Source: Phallusia mammillata
Taxonomy: Eukaryota
Direction: 5' to 3'
NCBI GenBank assembly: GCA_965637545.1
Contig: OZ281497.1
Location: 22,382,001 to 22,446,000 of the forward strand
Length of the DNA stretch: 64,000 nucleotides
Part shown: piece after piece, positions 1 through 10,689 of the stretch
Numbering within the stretch: position 1 is the first letter of the stretch
Layout: every line of letters starts with the position of its first letter
Notes under the pieces: model-generated
What the model was told of the DNA's origin: nothing
The model's input: only the letters and a program-made list of their open reading frames with translations
Databases searched by the model: none
Translations under genes and position numbers: made by a program

Positions 1-1924
1 TACGCACTCTCTTGGTTGGTTTTGTTCTTTGTCTGGATCTTGATTGGTATTGAGGTCCATAATATCCATACATCTTTTTTCCACATAATCGACCACTGCC
101 AACAAAAAAACAACAACATCTTAGCGTTAATTTGCTAACGAAACTTGACAGATTCCCACACGTGCTACCAAGTTACTAACCCGTTTTAGCTGTCCAGCGG
201 TTGTTTGAATCCAAATGCCAACATGATTTCATGATTTGATGCAAAATGCCAAATATACATTTCTGCTCTTTTGTTGACAATTGTTGTTTGACTACATCAA
301 GTTCTTTTTGAGGTCTTTTCCGTTTAGTTTTAAAACAAACAAAATTTCCTGGGGAACGTCATTATCTGCGAATGGGGTTATCTGTGATGATCTCATAAAC
401 AACAATGACAAAGCTGTGTTTGAAATAAACAGGTATTAATTTTTATACATTACATGTAAGAACCTCATAACTTACCTGTACATATCACCAAGTACAGTGA
501 TGTTTTCCGTTTCTGGAGCTGCATACAATATCGTGCATTGACTGTTGGAAGGAACTTCAGATGTGCTTGTACTAAGACCAGTTGCATGAATAATATTGGC
601 AGTACCAAAATCAGCTAGTTTTACTACTAACTCTCGGGTAACAATTATGTTGTCTGGTTTGACATCTCCATGACGAATTCCATGTCCTGGTTGGTAGCTG
701 TGCAAATACTTCAAAGCCAAAGCGAGCTGGTAAACCACCCTCATGCGATTATCCCAAGACATTTCATCGTCGCGCAAGCATTGTTTTAGAGTCTTTCCAT
801 CTACGTATTCCATTATAATGGCCACATTGGTTCCCCATGTTGTCCAGGCAAACACTTCAACTATGTTTTTATGTTTGACACGAACCATCGAGTTTATCTC
901 GGTCAGAAAGCTACAAAAACAATACGTTATAAACAGGTGTACATGAAGCATTAAAAAATTGAGATCCAATAGCAATACACGATTACCTGAAGATGAATAA
1001 AAATCAACTTAGTACAATAATCCCTACAGTTATAATCGGCTCAGGCTTTTTTTTGTTCAGGTTCGGACTTTAATTTTACATATAGCTATAATGGGCTTTT
1101 TCGGGCCTGACGACACTTAGTTTTATCAACTTTCAGGCCCAACCCTGGTTTAAAAATCAACGGATTAGAGCTGAGTTTCGAGATTTTACTCTCGGGCTCA
1201 GGCCCCAATTTCGAGCGCACTAAGAACTATAGCAACAAAATTATGTTTAAATACTCATTTAAATTGGACTCGAGATCGTCTCCTCCAAAACATATGCTGT
1301 AACATTTCGCAGTCACAACTTGATTGGATCCTTTGGTTAGGCGTTTGCGAATCACACCGTATTTTCCTTTTCCGATCAAATAGTCTTGGTTGCAAGTGGT
1401 CACAAAGTCACTTGCTTCAAAAAGTTTTGCTCTTTATGAAATGCCGGTTATACTCTCCTGTAGCAACACAAAAGTTATGATTTAGACCAGTGGTCCGTAA
1501 CCGTCGGGCCGAGGAGTTCGCTACCGGGCCGTATACTTTTCAGGTAAAATGCTTTAAAACATTTTGCCCTATTAAGGCATTTTCATTGCTGAACATTTGT
1601 AGTTTTTTTGAAGGCCGTCCGCGATAAAATTTGAGTTTAAAAAATCGTCCACAGTACAAAAACGGTTGCCGACCCCTGATTTAGACAATATAGTAACATT
1701 AGAAGTTATATAAAACCAACACAGGAAGTGCCGTATATTTGACACAACAGGTTGCTCCCATCTAAATAGGAGAATAGACCTTTTTTGTTGGCCGACATTT
1801 TGAACGTGACGTAAAACACTGTAGGCTATAGGTGGCTAATGTTTGCTTTTATTCCAAAAGGCCCTTACTTAAACTGAGACTTCAAACGTATTGAAATAAT
1901 AGTGTGACTTACTTCCATTTCCAT
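1..1924 (-). pseudogene. KinB0: RIPK-like non-RD Ser/Thr kinase pseudogene (exons 1913-1924, 1255-1457, 476-910, 181-413, <1-95; continues beyond window start)
   Basis: Kinase motifs GKGKYG, VTAK, HGDVKPDN, DFG, YAAPE, DMYS in GT-AG exons with the same phases as KinB1. TAA at 1434-1436 aligns with CAA of KinB1. Two frameshifts in the 181-413 exon (~382 and ~318) with TAA at 362-364. Confidence 0.85.
1488..1678. mobile_element. hAT-type MITE in KinB0 intron
   Basis: Imperfect TIRs CAGTGGTCCGTAACC / GGTTGCCGACCCCTG and a perfect 8-bp TSD ATTTAGAC (1480-1487, 1679-1686). Confidence 0.9.
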
Positions 1925-2827
1925 GGTATTCTTGCAAAATATACCAGTGGAAAAGCAAATTTCTAAATATTAAAAAACAATTAACTGAAACACTGTTGTC
2001 TATATTCCACTTTCCACTACCAAAAAATGCAATATTTCAAAATTAATACAGGTGGCCCAAACTTAGCTAATATAAGATAATCTTTTAAAAGTACTTTATT
2101 TTTTCGAGTATTTGAATCATTTATGTCCCAAACGTAAACACTTTTTGCCCAAATGGGTAATGCGCGCCATCCAGGTCTCGTTTTTCCCCCCTTCTCTCTT
2201 TCCCCTCTCTTTTTACCCCCTTTTCCCCAGCGGGACGAGAATAACGTTCCCCAGCTTTTGAAACATGGCGCCATTATTCGTTGATTAAATGAGACTCACG
2301 GTGTTTATTCATCCATGACTTTTTCACGGTTGAAAGTAAATTGTGTAATATCCAATTTCGTTGTTCACGTATAAGATCAAGAACATTCTGAAGCTTATAT
2401 ATTTTTTTAATGTTTTCAACGGTACGTTTTCTTAAAAGAAATGATTTTGTTGAAATGTTTCTATAGAAATAGACAAAAGCCTCGCTTCTTTTTTTGCAAC
2501 AACAATAGATCAAAACAATTTCCCGGTAATCCGGCTTTGTGCCATGACGCAACTTTGAAATACAATGCTCAACTTTGCAGGATAGTTACGAGATTATACA
2601 AGTGTATGATGTTCAAACGCTTTACGGCACGTTTACCACGTTTTAATTAAACTATACTGCGCGGTGGCACCTTACATATTTCCAAGGGAATCTCCGTTTT
2701 GATACACAAGGATGCATATTTTATTACAAATAATTATACAAAACAAAAACAATTTGCAACGAAGGTTGCTATTTGTCGTTGTTGGTCGTTAACGCTTTCA
2801 ACGTGAAACCAACAACGCACATAAAAG

Positions 2828-4375
2828 TCAAACTAAGATCCGCTTGTAAGGGCGGAAAAACTTATCCAATCCTACGCGATTAGAAGCCTGACTGGGTTCA
2901 GGAACCTCAAATGTGGCTGCCTCATTGATTTCCATTTTGTCATCTGATTCTTGCAAAATGATGCGTTGAACTTCTTCCTTAACTGTGAAAGAGAATACAA
3001 TATTTCATATTAACTTAAATTTCTCACTAAAAAAAATCTTGAAGTAAAAGCTCACATATATATGGTGTTTGAAACGATACGTCTACTGTGATTGAATAAC
3101 AAATACCAGATTATTGGGAAACATACACCCTTAATAATCTTTGGACGATTGCTTGAATTTTGCGACCAACAGGATACAACCAATGGTTTCATCAGATCAT
3201 CATCATTAATATGAGACACATCTGGTCGTCGTCCATCTTTGATAGCGCGAATTATTGCCAAATTGTCCATTCCAAGAAAGTCATCACTTGCTAACCTTTC
3301 CGTTACAATTTCATATGCTACGACGGCAAAACTACAAAAGATTTAAAGAAGCATACAGATTTTGTAACATATTAATTATTGATTTCGATAAGGCAGGTTC
3401 TTTAAACTGTTATGTTTTGTTGGTAGTGGCAAAAACTGTTTGGTTTGAAAAACTATTTGCAGTTTAGTATCAGCTCACCTGTATACATCCCTTGCCTGGT
3501 CATCATATCCTTCCCCATTCAGAATTTCAGGCGCAGAGTACAGAAGAGTGTGAACTGTAGATATATCCAGCGTCAAGCTTGACGACTGGCATCCAGACGC
3601 TGCTCTAACATTGGCGGCACCAAAGTCAGCAAGCTTCAAGACAAATTGTGGTGTGATTAAAATATTACTTGCTTTTATATCACCGTGAGTAAATTTCTTT
3701 TGGGAATCGAATGTGTGCAAGTAGCTAATAGCTTCTGATAGTTGATGTATCAACTTCAAGCTAATACTTTTTGAAAATTGAATTTGTTTGTCTTCGATCA
3801 AATTTGTCAAAGTTTTTCCACCGACGTACTCAAGAATAAGTCCAACGTTGCTGTTCCGTGTAGTAACAGCCCATACCTCCACGATGTTGTTGTGGTTTAT
3901 CCTTGCTAATACATGTGCTTCGGTCTTAAACCTTTAACAATACGAAACAGAAACATAAACAGTCCGGAATAAAATAAACCGTTGTTGTGTTTTACATTTT
4001 AGTACATTTATGTTGGATTTTTGACATAATTTTGGTAAGTATAAAATCTGCAATAAAGTTTTACTTACGAATTCCGGCAGAAAATCATATCTTCGGGGGT
4101 GCCAGTCAGTTCAGTACACTTAACAGCAACTTCTCCCAACCTGTCGTGATAACAGCGACGCACAGCACCAAAACTTCCAGACCCAATGTAATCAACTTCG
4201 TTAAAACTGGTTTTTAAATCGTTTGCCACCAAGTCCGGCAATTCATGAGGCAACTCGCTCATCTGTAAATCAACAAAATTTATCTGTTTGCATTATATTG
4301 GATTTTAAATAGGCTAGAGTAAATTATTCTCACCAAGCACTTTTCCATTTCCACTTGGGTTTGCGCTGACGCCAT
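2828..4375 (-). CDS. KinA1: intact RIPK/IRAK-like non-RD kinase, 348 aa (exons 4334-4375, 4069-4262, 3479-3931, 3129-3331, 2828-2982)
   Basis: MASAQTQVEMEKCL|MSELPHEL...; GSGSFG, VAVK, alphaC E (FKTE), HGDIKASN, DFG, YSAPE, DVYS, CW...NRP. All introns GT-AG, phases 0/2/2/1, total 1047 nt in frame. Confidence 0.88.
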
Positions 4376-4961
4376 TTTCACTGTCGCATTTTTGTGACGC
4401 TTGGTCTGGCCTTTGTCTACTGCGTAACCTGAAGCCGAAGTGTTTTTGCAACTATTGAAGTGCGATACAGTACATTGGAAATAAAAACTTCGTTACAAGT
4501 AACTGTATTTTTGCCGAGTCTTGTATGTTTAAAAATTGAAATTGCGTTTGTATCAATATTATTGTATCACTGGGCATAATTGTAAAATGAGGATTTAAAT
4601 TCTTGTGTGTTTAAAACCCTACAGGTGTGGAACTTGTGTTTCGAGGGCTACGCTTTAGTGGTCACGTATGTAACGTTGACTTGTTACCTGTAGAACTGGC
4701 AAATCTTAAATTAAACTGTTTCATATTGCAGTGTGAATATTTCTGTACCTACGGTACGTGAACGACTTGGTAATGAGTTATATAAATCTATATTTTTAAA
4801 TGTTTAATTAAATCTAAGATACAAAAGTTTGATTTTTGCAGGCCTTATTTGTACAAAGATTGTTGTTTTTCTTTTGAATGTTTTTTAACTTCAGTTTCAA
4901 CTCTGCTCGAATTGAATGATCAAAGTTTGTTGGACTGTAACGCCAAATTGATGTAAAAGCT
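4376..4961. promoter_or_regulatory. Putative shared bidirectional promoter/5'UTR between divergent KinA1 and KinB1
   Basis: 586 bp between opposite-strand start codons. Homologous blocks (e.g. TCTTGTGTGTTTAAAACCCTACAGGTG) are retained at 14288-14900. Confidence 0.55.
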
Positions 4962-6994
4962 ATGCAAACTGGTGTAAGTTTACAAACTTCGCCTATTTTT
5001 TATTTTTTTGTGTGAAATGTGTGTATGGCAACCGAAATGAATTAAACAAATAAGAAAAGATACTTAATATGTTACCTATGCAAGCTTTTAACTGTTGACA
5101 TAACTGTGCTTATAAATAAGATGTTGTATAGTAAAGATGTTTGCCGGTTAGGATTCGACACCAAAAACGATAGTACTAATTAATTCAACGCTTTTCCAAC
5201 CGGAGTAGGCTATACATTGTTTCATAAATATATTTAGCGTGGACCGCAAATTGCTTGAGAAAATCGTGTGGGGATCGTTATGACACAACATACAAAATTT
5301 TGAGAACAACTGTACCAAAAAAAATCTTGCTAATCTCGAGTACAGATTCTCGAACGTTTTTCAATGGGACCCAAGTATTTTAAAATCTAATTTTATGAAT
5401 GTTTTCGGCTCATAGATATACAGTTCTATTTCTAACAGAAATAGGCGTGCCAAAACAATTTTCAGGTTACCCAGGTTAGGGTCGCGATTAATACTTTGAG
5501 AAACACTGGTCCAGAGGACTGTATCTACTATGTGTTGCATGTTGTAATTGAATGGCTGTTCATGTTGTAAAATTGATTTAGGCTGATTTGCCGGGAGTCT
5601 CGCAAAGAGTACCCAAGATTTCAGCTGATGAGTTAGTTACCAGTCGGAATTCAAATGATTTTCTCGGTAAAGGTGGTTATGCTTGTGTGCGAAGGTGTAA
5701 GTACAACAACGATGTTGTAGCTGCAAAGTGCTACAGCCTAACATTTAGCGGCGATGAATTACAATCCAAAACTAATGGGTAAGGTGCCATTCTCTACATG
5801 TAAATGACCTGTTTGTCGTAATCAACGAATGTGTTCCGTAATTCAGGTTTCTGACAGAAGTAAACGCCTTGGCCCGAATAAACCACAAACATATTGTGAA
5901 AGTACATGGATATGCCATTTGGAAAACGTACAACGTGGCAATTGTCATGGAGTATGTGCAGGGAAGAAGTCTAAAATCCTATTTGCACCATAACCCGAAT
6001 ATGGAAATACCTTGGCCGTTTCGGTTAAAGATTGCTTTCCAACTTTCTTTAGCTTTGCAGTATTTGCACAATTATGAACCAGGACATGCGCTTCGTCATG
6101 GAGATGTGAAACCAGAGAACATAATCATCACCAAAAAATGTGTGCTAAAATTGACCGATTTTGGGGCGGCACAGATCATTCGAGCCACTGGTCTTGACGC
6201 AAGCACATCCGAAGTTCCCACCACTGGCCAGTCAACATTATTGTATGCTCCCCCGGAAGTTGAAAACCTAAATGTACTAGGCGACATGTACAGGTATGGT
6301 AACGCTGCTGTGTGCAACTTGTTTAATTTATCATAAAATTGTGTTACATCTTGACGTTGCAGTTTTGCCATCGTGGTTTTTGAGATCATTACAAGAACCA
6401 CGCCATTTTCGGAGTATAGTTTTTCTATTTTGTTGCATTTAAAACAAAGCGGAAAAAAGCCCCTGAAAGGACTTGATATAGTCAGTTTAGTGTTAGAATC
6501 ACAACCTATCTACAACAGTCTGAAACATATCATGGAAAAATGCTGGGATAATAATCCAGAAAACCGTTGGAGTGCTTCGAAAGGTAACTAACTCGAAGAC
6601 TAAAACAATCAACTGTCAAAATCATAATTGTGGTTGTGGTTTCAGTTGTTGATTATTTGGAAACAAGTTTCAAAAACAATCCTGAGAGCGGAGCCAACGG
6701 TGACCTTTTTGAGATTAATGATGAAATAAACAACCAAAACGTTGAAATGTCGCAGTTCAACGCTCCGTTCCTAGAATGTGCCACACCCCCAATTGAAGCA
6801 GGTAATCGAAGAACCCCTGAATTAAATATTTTATAGGGTGCTTTGTAAACTAAGTGATTCGTCTAAATTGTTGCAAAAGATGTAAAAAATGCATTTCTGT
6901 AGTGGCTATAACAGATTTTTTTCCATTTTTAACAGTTACCCACACCGTGAATAACATTACCTTCTACGCCAATACGGTTAACATCAATACCTGA
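4962..6994 (+). CDS. KinB1: intact RIPK-like non-RD kinase, 363 aa, with N/T/I/V-rich C-terminal tail (exons 4962-4973, 5582-5778, 5847-6293, 6363-6583, 6646-6801, 6936-6994)
   Basis: MQTG|ADLPGVSQ...; GKGGYA, VAAK, FLTE, HGDVKPEN, DFG, YAPPE, DMYS, KCW...ENRW. GT-AG introns, total 1092 nt in frame. The 12-nt first exon is supported by the analogous MEME|gtaagt exon of KinB0. Confidence 0.82.
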
Positions 6995-7102
6995 TGGTAA
7001 GTATATGAAAGCATTCAAAGTCTTTTCCTTTTTTAGTTGGTAAAAAGTAATTTGTAAAATCTCTTTAAAAATTAAAAAAAATAACTTGATCTCTTACAAA
7101 AG

Positions 7103-7283
7103 GCACGGGGTTAATGATCGACTTCTCGATGAATACAAAAGCTTGTATGTCGCAAAGGCACCAATATTAGACATCCGAAAATACAATTTGTTATTCTCTC
7201 GATCAAGTAAATCGATGGGTATAGCATGGAAAATGTCAAGCAGGTCGCAACGTCACCGACGCAGTAGAATAAATTGGATTTGA
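7103..7283 (+). other. Exon downstream of KinB1 stop, open in the KinB1 frame (3'UTR exon or relic coding exon)
   Basis: Donor TG|gtaagt at 6997 lies 2 nt after TGA, and acceptor tacaaaag lies at 7101-7102. The phase matches and the frame stays open to TGA at 7281-7283. Confidence 0.5.
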
Positions 7284-7827
7284 ACAGTATCACAGGTGCA
7301 ACCGACACACACGAAATATATAGGAATCATCAACGCATTTTTACTGTTGGTAGTGTCATACACTGTAATTTACCCCTCTTAGTGGTGCATACATTTACCC
7401 GCATATATTTGAAACAGCGAAAACTCCGTTATTAAACTATTTTCGCGAATCGGTGATGACAAGGTTTGCGTTTGTTAAAACAGCTTTTGTCTTTCTGTTT
7501 CCATTTCTTGTCTCATCGTATTTCCGTTTTGTTATCATACGACGTTACCATTTCGATTTCTTCTCGTGCTATTATAGTATACAGCTAGTGATTTTTGATA
7601 CTTGACGACCTATCGTCTACAATAAGTTTGAACCTTCTCTATAAGTTTATAACAGATTTATAATCGTAATAGTGCCTTGTACTTAATACGTATGCCATGT
7701 ATTTAAAAATATAGTTGTGCCCTTCTAAACGATTCACAGAGTTTTCATAGGTTGCTTTTATATTGCATTTTTATGTATTTTAAGGAACCAGCATTTTATA
7801 TATTGTGCTAGTGTAGTTGCTTTGTAC

Positions 7828-8231
7828 TGGTGATGCACCGAACCCGCCTCAACGGTTCGGGACGAAATCGAATACTCGACCACAAGGCCAAATAACTTCG
7901 GCTGAATAAGGCCGAAATAAGGCCGAAAAATCCCTTTTTGATCGATGTTTTTAACTGAACCTTGTGTAGCTGATGCAAGTGAACTGGTTTTAAGGCACTC
8001 CAAAATATTTTCACAATGCGTAACCTTTACCAAAGTTTTAATATTTAGCAGATAACTCGGCTCGTAATTTTTAGATGCAGCAATTACTTAATGTATGATG
8101 TTTCATTATGGTGATATTGTAAGTTGAGGCACTAATTTCATACAATTACATTTTCAGGCCGATAAAAGTTCTGGCCGAAACCGAAACAAAGAAAATGGCA
8201 TACTCGGCCGATAAACTTCGGTGTATCACCA
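7828..8231. mobile_element. hAT-type MITE
   Basis: TIRs TGGTGATGCACCGAA / TTCGGTGTATCACCA, 8-bp TSD CTTTGTAC/GTTTGTAC (7/8), internal GGCCGAAA repeats. Confidence 0.8.
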
Positions 8232-9891
8232 GTTTGTACAAATTTAATCTCAAGGAAATGCTACAGAAATCGAAGCAGTCGCAAAACGGTTTTGAGGTCA
8301 TGTCTATTTGCTGTTGTGTAGGTCCTCCTACTAGGTACTTAGACTGTGTATACGCGAAAACATCGGGGCCAAGAAAAAATTGAATATCACCAAATTGATA
8401 GGCCCAATTAAAGTATCAACTTACTTCGTTGAACAAAAACTAACAGTGAAAGTAGATTTGAACTGGACACAGGTTTATCTATACTGTGGTGTATGTACAT
8501 CATCGTTTAAATTTCCGCCTGTTCTGGTTACCATGACTTTTTGTTTTATCCAACTCGATTCTACAGCCTTCAAACTACAACAAAGTTTTGTCTTTGTATG
8601 TTGGTGCTCGGGAAGCTAAAACACACTGTCTTGTGTCTTTTAAAAATTGTAATTATAGTGATATTTGTTAAATAAATCCACCCTAGTCTCGAATCACTTC
8701 ATGATATCAAATGGAATTATGAATTGCCTGCGGGTTTGTCGCAAGGGTTTACTGGTATAATACTTAAAATAATATAGTTATTTTGATGTCGTATACGACG
8801 TTAGTCATAAGTTCATTGACGTTTTGTAGGCTGTAACGCATAATGAGTTTTTTCCACTCTCATAAACAAAAAATGGCTTACCACGTTTTGACGTAACGTG
8901 TACAAGCTAACCAAAAGATTCGAGACCGAAGTACATCACTTATAACTATCGTTCACAGGCTTGACACAAACATATAACTGCTTAGATGAGAACTTGTTAC
9001 GTGGCATAGTAAATTACCTCATCAAAAAGCACTAAAACCCAGCCGAAAAGCATTATTTTACGTCATAAATTCGGATATTGTCAAAAAATTTACCCATGTA
9101 ACAGTTAAAATGGTAGGCCTAAGTTAAAATCAGCACACATCTTATTTTCACTTTGGTTCGGATAATAAATTTAGCAATTATGTTTAAAGGAATATTTTTT
9201 TTTCGAGTTTCATGTTGCCAAATTTCCTACGGCTAAGCATAGTATGTGAGTATGATAAGTAGTTTGTCCTATTATTTTGGTGACTGATTACACACTGTAG
9301 GTGTTAGTTACTGTATCGTGTTACGTTGTGGATGGCTCAAAACAGAGTCAGGTAAACTTTGGATTTGAGATGGTCACACCGAACAGGGAATATAAAACAA
9401 TTGTAAAAGAATATAAAGTAGCAAGAACGTTAGCGACCTCCTAAGTTAGCGACCTCCGTTTTTAACTACAATGCGAACGCTCCGTATACCACGAGGACCA
9501 GGCTCAGAACTGCCTCAAATTTGACACAAAAATGGCAGTCCCAAAGTCACGTAATCTTGATGGCCAATTGCAATGTGCAAGCGCGACACGTCGACGTCCA
9601 AATCATTGGTGCGAGACAGCATTTGATTAGGCACGCAAATGTAGCGGTACATAAAAACGTGTCATTACAAAAAGTAAAATGCAAATACAAACAAATATAA
9701 AGGTAAATATAGACAAAAGTGTGAGTAATAACAACGGTAAATCTTAAGTGAAAACAAGTCACATATAAGCAAAGATTGCGGAAAATCAATAGAAAAACAC
9801 CCGTGAAAATAAAGCAAGAGACTTTTAAAAACATTAACTACTACAAGTGCATAAAAAGACATAAGAACAAACCATAGTGTGTGGTGTTCAT

Positions 9892-10057
9892 TAAAGTCCA
9901 AAGTTGCTGTTCCATTTAGTAACAGCGCGTACCTCCACAATTTTGTCATGGTTTAGCCTTGCTCATACATGTGCTTCGGCCTTGAATCTTTAACATTACG
10001 AAACAGAAACATAGATAGTCCGGAGTAAAATAGAGCATTGTGTTTTACACTTTAGTA
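9892..10057 (-). pseudogene. KinA fragment (start of exon 3 plus preceding intron)
   Basis: FKAEAHV*ARLNHDKIVEVRAVTKWNSNFGL* with TGA at 9963-9965. Intron matches 3932-4005. Homology ends at a MITE terminus (CAGGGGTCTCCAAC at 10058). Confidence 0.85.
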
Positions 10058-10125
10058 CAGGGGTCTCCAACACGTGGCCTCGGGCCACATGTGGCCCGCC
10101 AGGCAATTTTCTGTGGCCCGCGGCG
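10058..10125 (+). mobile_element. hAT-type MITE left end (partial)
   Basis: CAGGGGTCTCCAACACGTGGCC... with GGCCCGC repeats. No matching right end found. Confidence 0.55.
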
Positions 10126-10689
10126 TAATCAGCAAATGAAAAAATAAATAAGTATCTTGTAAAATTTAAAGGATGTGTTTGTTTTACTCACTCTTCAAGT
10201 ATTTCACAATTCAAAATCATATATCAAGTCAAAAATACCATATTTAACCTTTGCGATCACTGATCTCTATAAACCCTGAATTGCGCTACTGGCCGTCACG
10301 GTTGAAGCACATTGAAGCGTAATGGCGGCTGAAAAGTAAGCCCCAAAAATGCATTGCAGGCAATGGAAAAATGACGATAATTTTTATTTTAGGCATCTGT
10401 ATAACGATTTTTGCAGATATGATTGGTAGATTAATAGGACGCATGTATTCCAGTGTGTAATAACCTATAAATATGCGTAGATTGACTGTGATGTGTATTA
10501 GTGTAGGTGTACTGGATATACGTTATTAAGTTAGTGTTGAAATAAATCATTACTAAGTGAAATGTTTTATTGTGCAATATAAGTGGTTTTCGTGCTTTTT
10601 TAAGTATTTTAGACATGAATGCAACAAGATGGCTACTTCCTTCACAAAAGATGATGTAATTCTTTGTGTGACATTACATTGTGCTAATC

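Noticed and set aside
2181-2228. Polypyrimidine tract and ORF 2017-2274
   Set aside because: Low-complexity sequence, possibly of poor quality. The ORF is a compositional artefact.
2686-2695. Single perfect NF-kB site GGGAATCTCC upstream of KinB0
   Set aside because: Not conserved at the paralogous position near 12650, and one hit in 64 kb is expected by chance.
1255-2982. Tandem-kinase fusion of KinA1 spliced (CGC|gtagga) to the ATG-less KinB0 exon at 1457
   Set aside because: KinB0 has its own ATG micro-exon (MEME|gtaagt, 1913-1924) mirrored by MQTG in KinB1, and the KinA last exon ends in a stop at the same position in all copies.
4260-4265. ATG directly after an acceptor AG suggesting spliced-leader trans-splicing
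   Set aside because: A conserved 42-nt upstream coding exon with a GTGAG donor in phase 0 explains it as a normal cis intron.
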